From positions 124,001 through 188,000 of the IMG/VR virus record IMGVR_UViG_3300045256_000050: DNA of 64,000 nt. One strand, written 5' to 3'. Both the position numbers and the translations under genes were made by a program. The notes below the pieces were generated by a model that searched no databases, was not told the DNA's origin, and was given only the letters and a program-made list of their open reading frames with translations. Below are positions 37,830 through 46,845 of this stretch, in pieces (position 1 is the stretch's first letter; each line of letters starts with the position of its first letter).

Positions 37830-38491
37830 GCTGGCGTCTCCCCTACAAGGTCTTCTTCCAGAATCCGCTCCCAATCCATCGGCTTCCGCTTCCGCAGTTC
37901 CTCGAAGTAGGCGTGGCACTTGATCTTCGCCATCCACAGGTCGTGCCCCTTCCCGCCTTTGACGATCATCCCTTCCGGGACTTCCGTCTTGATCGGGTAC
38001 TTGGACACGAAGTCGTACTTCGACTCTTTGACGGCGGCGATGATCTCTTCGTTCAGGTTGCCCTGGTAGATCATCTCGGCGACTTGAAGGTGGCCGAACT
38101 CGTCCAAGAACTCCTTCGGCCCGAGCATGCCCTTCGTGATCGGGTTCACGTCGAACAGAACGATGTCCTTCGGATCGCCGTCCTCGTGCTGACCGGCGAA
38201 GCTTTTTGCGCCAAACCACTCGGCGAAGACGATCACCCGGTCCACGCCCCGGAACATCTTCGACTTCTTGAAGACGGCTTCCAGGTCGTCCCCGTACTTC
38301 TGCTTGAAGAGGGGGATGGCCGGGCCGAACATGCTCGTCTCGTCGAACAGCAGGTTGCGGGTGCCGAACTTGTGCCAGCCCCGCTTCTTGCTCCACTCGA
38401 AACGAAGGTTCGACCCGTCGTACTTGACGAAGCCGTAGCAGGGCTGCCGTGGTGCCTTGCTCGAATTGTTGATGCTGGGGTAGCTTTTCAT
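37826..38491 (-). CDS. RNA ligase-like nucleotidyltransferase (Rnl2-type core)
   Basis: Motif I KYDGSN, III FAEW, IIIa LFDV, IV EGMIVK. Confidence 0.7.
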   Translation of the reverse strand: MKSYPSINNSSKAPRQPCYGFVKYDGSNLRFEWSKKRGWHKFGTRNLLFDETSMFGPAIPLFKQKYGDDLEAVFKKSKMFRGVDRVIVFAEWFGAKSFAGQHEDGDPKDIVLFDVNPITKGMLGPKEFLDEFGHLQVAEMIYQGNLNEEIIAAVKESKYDFVSKYPIKTEVPEGMIVKGGKGHDLWMAKIKCHAYFEELRKRKPMDWERILEEDLVGETPA

Positions 38492-38497
38492 GCGATC

Positions 38498-38525
38498 AGT
38501 ATACCGGCAGGACAGTCGGTGTAAA
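38498..38525 (-). promoter_or_regulatory. Early-type promoter TTTACA-16-TATACT
   Basis: Same architecture at 52483-52506, 56328-56355 and 60394-60422. Confidence 0.55.
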
Positions 38526-38528
38526 AGA

Positions 38529-38555
38529 GAAAGGGGCGGTTTCCCGCCCCTTTTT
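38529..38555 (-). terminator. Terminator hairpin
   Basis: AAAGGGGCGG-TTTC-CCGCCCCTTT. Confidence 0.7.
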
Positions 38556-38557
38556 GC

Positions 38558-39508
38558 TTACTCGGCCTGAGCCTTCTTCTTGGCTCGTGCCAGTTTCTTC
38601 TTCAGTTTCTCGTTCTCGATCTCGGCGAGTTGCTGACGGAGCTTTTCGTTCTCCTCTTCCAAGTCGGCAATCTGCTTGGACTTGGCGGAAACTTTCTTCG
38701 GTGAAGGAGCGGCCACAGCTTCCGGCTTTTTCTCGAAGCCCTGGAGGAACACCTTCAGTTGGACGTAATCCGTCTCGGCCTCGAATGCGACCGTGCGGAA
38801 CGTCTGACCCGTCGTGTTCCCTTCCACCGTACAGCCGTCTTGAAGTGCCAGCTTCTCCAGCGGGTGTCCGCCGAAGGCCGACGTTTCGGGAGCGGCGTTG
38901 AACGAGGCTTCCAGGCTGCACGGGGCAACGCTGGCATCGTTCTGGAACGAGGCGAGCTTAGCCATCCCGGCGTCGTTGCTGACGCTGTTGGTGGCGTGGC
39001 AGCTAGAACCGCCCGCTGTCGTCATCCGCCGCTGCATCGTGTTGCGAACACCCCAATACGGCTGCGGGTAGATCGGCCACGGCTGCGGCCGAGGGCGTGG
39101 GTAGTGGTGGTGATGGTGGTGATGTTCGACAACCGGGGTATGTACCCACTTGTTCTCTTTCTCCAGGTAGAACTTGGCCTCGACCAAGCCTTTCACCTTG
39201 TCTTCGTTCGGCCCGTTCTTGCCGAAGTCCACGGCGTCCGGGGAATCCAGGGATACGAACTTGAAGCCAACGTCCTTGTCCCAATGGCGGCGGATGTCAA
39301 CGTGGCTGTTGGCGTCGATGATGTAGCCGTCGCCGGACACGTTCTCACCGTCGATGGTGAACTTCACCATCGCACGCCGGTTGTTTTTGTTACGGAATCG
39401 CAGGACGTACTCCGCACCGAAGGGGAGCTTCACGACGCCGTTTGCTAGTTCTTTTTGGGGTTCGCCGTTCAGAAGAACGGACATGACGAATTTGTTACTG
39501 TAAACCAT
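38558..39508 (-). CDS. Hypothetical protein with Ig-like N-domain, poly-His/Pro linker and C-terminal coiled coil
   Basis: YVLRFRN...IDGENV; HHHHHHHYPRP. Confidence 0.7.
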   Translation of the reverse strand: MVYSNKFVMSVLLNGEPQKELANGVVKLPFGAEYVLRFRNKNNRRAMVKFTIDGENVSGDGYIIDANSHVDIRRHWDKDVGFKFVSLDSPDAVDFGKNGPNEDKVKGLVEAKFYLEKENKWVHTPVVEHHHHHHHYPRPRPQPWPIYPQPYWGVRNTMQRRMTTAGGSSCHATNSVSNDAGMAKLASFQNDASVAPCSLEASFNAAPETSAFGGHPLEKLALQDGCTVEGNTTGQTFRTVAFEAETDYVQLKVFLQGFEKKPEAVAAPSPKKVSAKSKQIADLEEENEKLRQQLAEIENEKLKKKLARAKKKAQAE

Positions 39509-39632
39509 GACTAAACCTAATCCTTTTGTAAACCCCCATCCTCACTCGGGCACTGGTTTGGTGTCTAGGTCACGACACCGAGGAATTGATTTATATACTA
39601 GCTCGCAGTTGAAAAATGCGCAAGATAATTTT

Positions 39633-40655
39633 TCAAGATTGTAGCTTGACGCCGAACGACGCTGCGTTGACGGCCGAGTCCACCCAGGCAACGTTGCCGT
39701 CGGGGTTTCTCTCGAAGATGCCGGTACGGTAAGCGAACCCGGCCCCGGCGTACTTGTCGCCGGATTCCGACGTGCTGCCGTTGGAGCTACACTGCAATCG
39801 GAGTGGGCGGGCCGAGCCGTTCGCCACCTGGGTGTAGGCGCTCACCTGGATGCCGTAGATGTTACCGGCATCTTGTGAAACCGTCAGGAAGCGGTAGTTG
39901 TCAATGTCCCCGGCGTTCGACGTGTAGTTGTAGTCGGTGGTGTTGGCGGGCCACTCGTCTACGTTCTGGTAGTTCGAGGCCGTGCTGGGCGTCCAGTTGT
40001 TCGTGATGCCGTTACTCGTAACGGCACTCGACACCACCTTCACGTCACCGAGGAAGTCGTTGTTGTACGAGCCGGTCGTGTCCGCCATGTAGATGTCGTC
40101 GAACCGCATGGTGCCGTTCGCCAAGACGAACAGGTTCCACGCCCGAGCGTCGTTGGTATCGGAGACGGTGTTGACGCCGGTTACGTTAAGGTACTGAGTT
40201 CCGTTGACCCGCACCTGAATCGAACCGCTCGTTCCGGTCCCGATCACCACCTTAGCCTCGATGTAGTACCAAGTGTTAGACGGACTCAACGTGAGCGTCG
40301 AGTCGGAGCCTAGCTGCGTGTTGGCCCGAGTGGCGTATATCTTGCCGGTAGACGCCCGAATCCCGAAGTCACACAAGCCGTTGTTGTATTCGTTGCAGAC
40401 GTAGAAAATCCGGTCGTCCTGTGCCGGAAGGGACGACATGAAGAGGCCGCAACCGAAGATGACGGTGGTGACTCCGTTCCAGATCGTCTGAGGGCTGCGA
40501 TAGTTGCCGTCGTTGGTGAACGAGAGGGAGTAGCCGTTCCCCGACGCCCGAGGCGACTGCTGAAAGGTGACGTTGTTACTGAGTGAAACACCCCGCAGCG
40601 CAGCATCGGCTACGCTCGTGTAGTAATCCATTCCGTCCAGCCAAACGAGAGCCAT
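39633..40655 (-). CDS. LamG/ConA-like virion protein, array copy 4
   Basis: MALVWLDGMD...WYYIEAKV...FDDIY...GDVKV...NYQNVDE...NAASFGVK. Confidence 0.7.
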   Translation of the reverse strand: MALVWLDGMDYYTSVADAALRGVSLSNNVTFQQSPRASGNGYSLSFTNDGNYRSPQTIWNGVTTVIFGCGLFMSSLPAQDDRIFYVCNEYNNGLCDFGIRASTGKIYATRANTQLGSDSTLTLSPSNTWYYIEAKVVIGTGTSGSIQVRVNGTQYLNVTGVNTVSDTNDARAWNLFVLANGTMRFDDIYMADTTGSYNNDFLGDVKVVSSAVTSNGITNNWTPSTASNYQNVDEWPANTTDYNYTSNAGDIDNYRFLTVSQDAGNIYGIQVSAYTQVANGSARPLRLQCSSNGSTSESGDKYAGAGFAYRTGIFERNPDGNVAWVDSAVNAASFGVKLQS

Positions 40656-40663
40656 CCTTCTCC

Positions 40664-42469
40664 TTACCGATACAACGTTGTGTTAGAGCGTTTCGTAACG
40701 GGCTTCACGAATCTCTTCGTGATCTGCCCTTCGAAGTTGCTGTAAGACTTTTTCTTGTATTTACGCAGGCGGCACACGGCTACTGCGGCCAACTTCCCTT
40801 CCACCTGCCCGTTACTCAGTGAAATGTCCGTTACCTCGAACCTCGTGTCGTCCGGCTTTCGCACACAGCACATGTTGTCGTCGTCCTGACGGCAAGCACC
40901 ACGATTCTTGACCTTCCGGGTGTTCAACAAGCTGCGAGGCCGAACAACCGCACCGCCAGTGCCAGGGAAATAGTAGAACTGGTTGATCGTGTTGCCACCG
41001 TTAAGCACCGCACCGCCTGAAGCGACGAACCCGATGTCAATCGGGGCCACGCCCCCACACACCACCCCGCCAGAGGCGTTGATGTTTGTGAGAATGCGCC
41101 CCACACCGGCAGTACCGGCACAAACCGCCCCGCCCTGGCCGAACAACCAAAGCTGGATGTCCACCCGGCCGTTACAGACTGCCCCGCCCGTTCCAGGGAA
41201 GTAGTAGAACTGGTTGATTCGGTGAGAGCCGCCACAGACTGCCCCACCAGAGCCGGTGTTCGATACAATCCGACCGATGATGGCGATTCCGCCACAGACT
41301 GCCCCGCCAGAGCCGGTGTTCGATACAATGCGACCGACTCGGGCCGTACCGCCTCCCAACGACCCGCCACTGACAGAAGAAACGAAGTCGTCGATGCCGT
41401 GGCCCGCTACGACAACCCCGCCGATGATCGGGATGATGCGTGTTACGTTAACACGGGCCAGACCGGCACAGTTCACGCCGCCGAAGCCGATGTAGTCCGG
41501 GGTTGGCGAGAGGGCTTGCCCGCCCGGCGTAGCACCGCCAGTGCCGTTGATTCGGTATACCATCCGAATCGTCGCCGTGCTACCGCCTCGCACACCGCCT
41601 CGTGGGTCGAAGTCGGCGAAGACTCTAGCCGTGCCGCCACCACGAACACCCGCCCCGACGAGGACGACGCTCTGTACGCCGAATTTATCTGCCAATCCAC
41701 CGACGACGGCACCGCCGAACGTCGGTGTGATCTGTTGTTGCGGAACGCTACCGCCGCCGACCACACCGCCCGAGGCCCGTGGTCCCCAGATGAAGGTGCG
41801 GATGGACGTGCCGCCCGCTTTAACCCCTGCCGTTGGTAAAGGAATGTACTGAACGGGTGCCGTGCCGCCACCCTTTACGCCGCCAGATGTCGTAAGACCC
41901 TGGAAGCCGCCGACGGTCGATGTGCCACCGCCGACCACACCACCGGACGTGAACTGCGAGAACAGTAGGACGGCCGAGCCTCCCGGCCGGGCACCGCCGC
42001 TAGTCGTCTGGTTCCAGAAGTTGTTACGAAGGATCGCACCACCGGGCCGGGCACCGCCCTGGCCGGTGAAGAAGTACCGCTGTAGCAACGCACCAGAACC
42101 GCCGACCAACGCACCCTGGCTGAGCGGGGTGTAGTTGGCGTAAATCTTTCGGACGGGGTTAGCCGCACCGCCGCCTTTGATACCACCACGGGCGACGATC
42201 AGGTTGATGTTGTCGGCCAGCATCTCGAAGAAGACCTGACTGACCTGAGCCTGACCGGGAGCGGATTGGGCCGTAACCTGAAGTTGTACCGAGGAAACCC
42301 GAGCGGGAGGATTTGGGTGGTTGGCAGCAACATTCAGTGTGGCCTGCGACATCCGCACCACACCCGTCGTCGCCAGACCCAGGACTTCGATACGAGCCTG
42401 CGTCAACCGAACCGTTGACGGTTCGGTGCCCAGGCTTTTGACGACGACTTGTGTTACTCTTGCTGTCAT
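40664..42469 (-). CDS. Gly-rich repetitive fibre-like protein
   Basis: N-terminal ARVTQ-like repeats, many (S/T)GG(A/V)xxGG units, Cys-containing C-terminus. Confidence 0.75.
   Translation of the reverse strand: MTARVTQVVVKSLGTEPSTVRLTQARIEVLGLATTGVVRMSQATLNVAANHPNPPARVSSVQLQVTAQSAPGQAQVSQVFFEMLADNINLIVARGGIKGGGAANPVRKIYANYTPLSQGALVGGSGALLQRYFFTGQGGARPGGAILRNNFWNQTTSGGARPGGSAVLLFSQFTSGGVVGGGTSTVGGFQGLTTSGGVKGGGTAPVQYIPLPTAGVKAGGTSIRTFIWGPRASGGVVGGGSVPQQQITPTFGGAVVGGLADKFGVQSVVLVGAGVRGGGTARVFADFDPRGGVRGGSTATIRMVYRINGTGGATPGGQALSPTPDYIGFGGVNCAGLARVNVTRIIPIIGGVVVAGHGIDDFVSSVSGGSLGGGTARVGRIVSNTGSGGAVCGGIAIIGRIVSNTGSGGAVCGGSHRINQFYYFPGTGGAVCNGRVDIQLWLFGQGGAVCAGTAGVGRILTNINASGGVVCGGVAPIDIGFVASGGAVLNGGNTINQFYYFPGTGGAVVRPRSLLNTRKVKNRGACRQDDDNMCCVRKPDDTRFEVTDISLSNGQVEGKLAAVAVCRLRKYKKKSYSNFEGQITKRFVKPVTKRSNTTLYR
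41215..41340 (-). repeat. Near-tandem ~60-bp coding duplication
   Basis: CCGCCACAGACTGCCCC(A/G)CCAGAGCCGGTGTTCGATACAAT twice = RIVSNTGSGGAVCGG x2; INQFYYFPGTGGAV also twice in the gene. Confidence 0.75.
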
Positions 42470-42479
42470 TGATTATCTT

Positions 42480-43487
42480 TCACGCTTGGACTTTCACGCC
42501 GAAGGTGGCTGCGTTAATTGTGGCGTCCGTCCAGGCCACGTTTCCATCCGGGTTTCTTTCGAACATGCCGAAGAATGTTTGGTAAGTATCCGACACATAC
42601 TTGTCGCCGCTCTCGCTCAGGTTCGAGTTCGACATCGCTTGCAATCGCAAGCTCCTGACGTAAGCATCCGTTTTCCGGGCGTAGCCGTTAACCATGACCC
42701 CCTTCATGTTCCCGGATTCGCTGAGGGTAGTGAAGAAGTAGCGGTCGGCGTTGCTGACCGTCGATGTTTCCACATAGTCCGTGTCGTCGTTCGGCGTGGC
42801 TTCATCAACACACTGGTAGTTCGACCCGGTGCTGGCGGTCCAGCTATTCACGTCGCCGTTGGCCCGAGGCAACAACTGGTAGACCTTCACGTCGCCCATG
42901 AAGTCGTTGTTCACTGATCCGGTCGTGTCCCACATCACCAGATCGTCGAGGAAGTTGTTGTTCGCCGACGATAGGAACCGGAGTTGAGAAACCCCGGTGC
43001 CGGTGCCCTGGGCCTGTGTGTTCTGTCCGGTCAGGTTTAAGACTGTCTGGCCGTCCAGTTTCACAACAACCGACCCGCTGGTGCCCGAGGCGATGACGAC
43101 TTTGCATTCGATGTAGTGCCAAGTGTCCAACGCAAAAGCCACGTCGCTGCCAAGCTGCGTACCAGCACGGGTCACATACAGAACGCCCGACGCTTTGGTT
43201 GAGATCGTGATCTGGTTGCCGGTGTTCGACGAGTTGAACCACCAAACGTGGTCGTTTTGCAAGCCGCTCGATCCGCAGTACCAACCCGCCCCGAACCCGA
43301 CGGTCGTGGCCTCGTTCCAAAGCCCCATCGGGGACTTCCACTCGCAGTCCGTCTGGAACTTGATGGAACTCCCCGTCCCGGAGATACGAGGCGTCTGGCC
43401 GGTGATCGGGCTGAGTAGATAAACACCCTTCTGGGCTGCGTTGGCAACGGACGTGTAGTCCATGCCGTCCATAAACAATAGTGCCAT
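42480..43487 (-). CDS. LamG/ConA-like virion protein, array copy 3
   Basis: MALLFMDGMD...same conserved motifs. Confidence 0.7.
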   Translation of the reverse strand: MALLFMDGMDYTSVANAAQKGVYLLSPITGQTPRISGTGSSIKFQTDCEWKSPMGLWNEATTVGFGAGWYCGSSGLQNDHVWWFNSSNTGNQITISTKASGVLYVTRAGTQLGSDVAFALDTWHYIECKVVIASGTSGSVVVKLDGQTVLNLTGQNTQAQGTGTGVSQLRFLSSANNNFLDDLVMWDTTGSVNNDFMGDVKVYQLLPRANGDVNSWTASTGSNYQCVDEATPNDDTDYVETSTVSNADRYFFTTLSESGNMKGVMVNGYARKTDAYVRSLRLQAMSNSNLSESGDKYVSDTYQTFFGMFERNPDGNVAWTDATINAATFGVKVQA

Positions 43488-44485
43488 TATGACTCCAGTT
43501 TGATGCCAAAGTAAGCCGCATTGACCCCGCTCTGCGTCCACGCCACCGACGTACTCGGGTCCGTCTCGAACACGGTCAGGTGCGGGTAGTAGCTGTTAAA
43601 GGTCTGCTGGGCCGACCCGGTGGCCTCGACCCCACCGGATTTCGCAATCGCCCGGATTGATTTCAGTTCAACGTCAGTCTGGATTGCGACCAGATATACC
43701 GCTACGCCTTTGATGTCGGCGAAGTTGCTGACCGTCTGGAAGGTGTAGTTATCCTTGTTACCCACGCCTGTTGTCGAAACGTAGTCGGTTGTGTTGTAAG
43801 GCGGCGTGTCGTCAACGCACTGGTAGTTCGACCCGGTGCTGGCGGTCCAGTTGTTCGTGTCGCCGTTGGCCGTCGGCAGGAAGTATCTTACTTTACACGG
43901 GCCGAGGAAGTCGTTGTTCGTACTCCCGTTGCCGTCACAGATGTAGATGTCGTCGAAGAGGTTGCCGCTGAACCTCACGTCGTCGTAACCGAGGAACCGG
44001 ACCGAACCGACCCCGGTCGTGCCGGTGTTCACGTTCCCCGTGTCGATCACCTGTGACCCGTCGATGCGCACCACTACCCGCCCCACGGTTGCACTGACGA
44101 TGAACTTGACTTCGAAATAGTGCCAACCTTCATTGATTAAGGTTGGTGCGGGGCTGTAGGTCGTGGAACCGACGGTGAATCTCGGACTGGTGTCGAACCA
44201 CTGGAACTGGAACAAAACACCCGCCGTCTGGCTCAACAGCCGAAGGAAAGTCCGGTTGTCCCGCTGGATGATCGTGGGGTACATGGCGAACCCAACGATG
44301 AGCGTGGTCGGGGTGTTGTCCAGAGGGTAGGCGATGTACCGGCCGAATGGGATGCGGATCGACGACCCCACGCTGAATCGGCCCGTTTGCGCAACGGTGA
44401 CGCCGCCGTTGGAAACCTGCCAAGTCGATTTCATGTCGGCGTTCGTGGTGTAAGTGTCGAATCCGTCTGCGAGCAGTAGTGTCAT
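43487..44485 (-). CDS. LamG/ConA-like virion protein, array copy 2
   Basis: MTLLLADGFD...same motifs; TAATG coupling. Confidence 0.7.
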   Translation of the reverse strand: MTLLLADGFDTYTTNADMKSTWQVSNGGVTVAQTGRFSVGSSIRIPFGRYIAYPLDNTPTTLIVGFAMYPTIIQRDNRTFLRLLSQTAGVLFQFQWFDTSPRFTVGSTTYSPAPTLINEGWHYFEVKFIVSATVGRVVVRIDGSQVIDTGNVNTGTTGVGSVRFLGYDDVRFSGNLFDDIYICDGNGSTNNDFLGPCKVRYFLPTANGDTNNWTASTGSNYQCVDDTPPYNTTDYVSTTGVGNKDNYTFQTVSNFADIKGVAVYLVAIQTDVELKSIRAIAKSGGVEATGSAQQTFNSYYPHLTVFETDPSTSVAWTQSGVNAAYFGIKLES

Positions 44486-45516
44486 TATGCCTCCAGCTTC
44501 ACGCCGAACTCGGCTGCGTTGATGTTCGTGCCCGTCCAGTCGATGTTGCCGTTCGGGTCTTTATCAAAGGCGTAACCGAAATAGCCGTAGACCGACTGAG
44601 TGGGACTGAGGACGCCGCTCGTGGCGTCCGACGCACTGGAGTGGGCCTGGAGTCTGATCTGCCGGGTGCCCGCAATCGTCTTTTCCGCCGAACACTCGAC
44701 CCACACGGCTTTGCCCGAGAGGCCGGTCGGCACGTTGGTCACGTCGTACAGGTCAACGTGCCCTGCGGTGCTGTCTTCAACGTAGTCGGTGTTACCGTTG
44801 GCGACGGCCGTCTCGTCTACGCACTGGTAGTTGCTCGCCGCACCGACGGGCGTCCACTGGTTCGTCGAGCCGTTGCCGATGGGGTTGCTGGTCAGAACCT
44901 TGATCGAGCCGAGGAAGTCGTTGTTGAAGCTCCCGGTGTTGTCTGCGATGTACCAGTCGTCGAACCAGCCGGGGAAGTTGTCGGCTGCCAGGGCGACCTT
45001 CGTCACGTTCGCAGAAGCCGCTTGCTGCGTGTTCACGTTGGTCAGGTTCAACACGGTCTGGCCGTTGACCTTGACCAGCACCGAGCCGGTGCTGCTGTTA
45101 ATCACTACCTTTGCCTCAACCCAGAACCAAGTCCCGTTGTTCGGGACGCCGATGGTCCCGATGCTTCCGAGTAGGGTGCCACCCGCCCTAGAAGCGAAGA
45201 AGTGGCCCGATTGCGTCAACGAGATAGTGAGTTGCAGTGTCGTGGCGTTATAGAAGTAGAGCAGGAAGCCGCTGCCGACGTTCTGCGTGTTCTGGTCGTC
45301 GATCTTGTAGGCGAAGCCGGTAATAACCGTGGGGGAAGCCAGGATGTTGTCCGGTGTGGTCAGAATGCGGTCGTCGGCGAAATAGCAGGACGTGCCGGTG
45401 CCGAGCCTGCCGGTCTGTCCGAACTGGAAGTTCGTGCCGTTAATCGTGTAGCCACGGGCCGTGAAGTCCGAGCTTTGCGTGTAGTTTTCAAAACCTTCAA
45501 CCCAGACGAGTGCCAT
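44485..45516 (-). CDS. LamG/ConA-like virion protein, array copy 1
   Basis: MALVWVEGFE...same motifs; GGAGG RBS. Confidence 0.7.
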   Translation of the reverse strand: MALVWVEGFENYTQSSDFTARGYTINGTNFQFGQTGRLGTGTSCYFADDRILTTPDNILASPTVITGFAYKIDDQNTQNVGSGFLLYFYNATTLQLTISLTQSGHFFASRAGGTLLGSIGTIGVPNNGTWFWVEAKVVINSSTGSVLVKVNGQTVLNLTNVNTQQAASANVTKVALAADNFPGWFDDWYIADNTGSFNNDFLGSIKVLTSNPIGNGSTNQWTPVGAASNYQCVDETAVANGNTDYVEDSTAGHVDLYDVTNVPTGLSGKAVWVECSAEKTIAGTRQIRLQAHSSASDATSGVLSPTQSVYGYFGYAFDKDPNGNIDWTGTNINAAEFGVKLEA

Positions 45517-45555
45517 AGACGGGAAACCTCCTTGATACGTCTATATACCCGTAGG

Positions 45556-46026
45556 ATGAGTACATTTAGTGATTGGCTGGATAACGCAGAACTGAGCGAG
45601 GGGACGACCCGCTACTCGGTCGAAGTGAACTTCCGCACGAAGCTGCCGGAGGTACTGGACGGGTATGCGAAGATCGCCCTGGGCTTCGTTTCGGCTGCAC
45701 TGAAGCAAGCCGACTTCCACGTCAAGCAGGTCTTCGACGACGGCTTGATCCGTATCCTCGTCTCAACCCGGAATTGGGACGACGGTGAGTGGGTCGTGGT
45801 TCTGTCTTGGAACCCGCACCACAAGGCGTTCGTCATGACGCCTGGGCACTACAACACGCTCAACAAGTCCGTTTCCTTCAAGAAGCACGCCTCCACCCTG
45901 CTGAAGTCCGACAACCCTAGCGAGTTGACCAAGCTGGTGAAGGATGCGATGGACAAACTGAAGAACGTCCCAGACCGCCACGTCGAAAAGCTCAAAAAGG
46001 TGCCTCTCAAACGGGGACCGAAGTAA
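45556..46026 (+). CDS. Hypothetical protein, candidate capsid-targeted protein
   Basis: N-terminus MSTFSDWLDNAELSE; TATATA upstream. Confidence 0.65.
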   Translation: MSTFSDWLDNAELSEGTTRYSVEVNFRTKLPEVLDGYAKIALGFVSAALKQADFHVKQVFDDGLIRILVSTRNWDDGEWVVVLSWNPHHKAFVMTPGHYNTLNKSVSFKKHASTLLKSDNPSELTKLVKDAMDKLKNVPDRHVEKLKKVPLKRGPK

Positions 46027-46449
46027 AAGTTTTCCGATCAAATTTGGCCGCAAGGCACCCTATTCGCAGATTATCCCTACAGACGCAGGCGGGTTCTCAG
46101 CGAGTTCTCAGGAATTTGTGGAAATCCGTTAAGACCGGCCTCTAGGGTACGGTATCTGCAAGTAAGTGCAGTGCGTAGGGACTACCCCGGTCACTTTGGA
46201 AAAAGTGATAATTTCCCTTGACGGGACGGGGATGGACAGGATGAAATGGATGCTTGAGGGTACGCCTTCCCCGGCCTCCTCCTGTCCGGCCTCAATCCGA
46301 ATCGTGTCGGGTTGAGGTTTCAAGGACGATGAACCGAGGTCTGAAACCCCAGGATGGGGCAACTTCAGGCCAAAACTCCCAGAAAAAGCCGGGGGTTTGC
46401 TGTGGGGACCACGTTTCCGTTCTACTCCAGGGCGAAGCAGGCACTTGTG

Positions 46450-46662
46450 GTGGCTGAACGCTGCGAATGCGGCCATCTCAAGTCAGAACACGGCAGCAAG
46501 CTGACACGTTTGCCGAACGGGCAAATGTATCGGCAGTACCAGCACGGCTCGTGCTGCGAAGATGACTGCCCGTGCGACCAGTACACCTTCGCCGAGTATG
46601 TGACCGAAGAAGAGGCCGTCGAACACCTGTTGCAGTGCCGACGCCTGAAAGTCGTGGCCTGA
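46450..46662 (+). CDS. Small Cys-rich zinc-binding protein
   Basis: CECGH...H...CCEDDCPC. Confidence 0.45.
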   Translation: MAERCECGHLKSEHGSKLTRLPNGQMYRQYQHGSCCEDDCPCDQYTFAEYVTEEEAVEHLLQCRRLKVVA

Positions 46663-46845
46663 GCAAGTCGCCCAACGCTGGGAAATGACTACGCCGAGCG
46701 GAATGTCCCGCTCGGCGTCGTACTTTGTGGTCGGAAGTGAGCATCCTGCTTTCCAACTCGGGTGGGTCTGCTTCTCAACTACCTCTATGACGCTCCAGGC
46801 GGTTGAGAAGTTCACCACGAATCCTGAGAAATTCCCTTCTCGCTC

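Noticed and set aside
40900-42200. Repeats as a CRISPR array or DGR repeats
   Set aside because: They are in-frame Gly-rich coding repeats without constant repeat/unique spacer structure.
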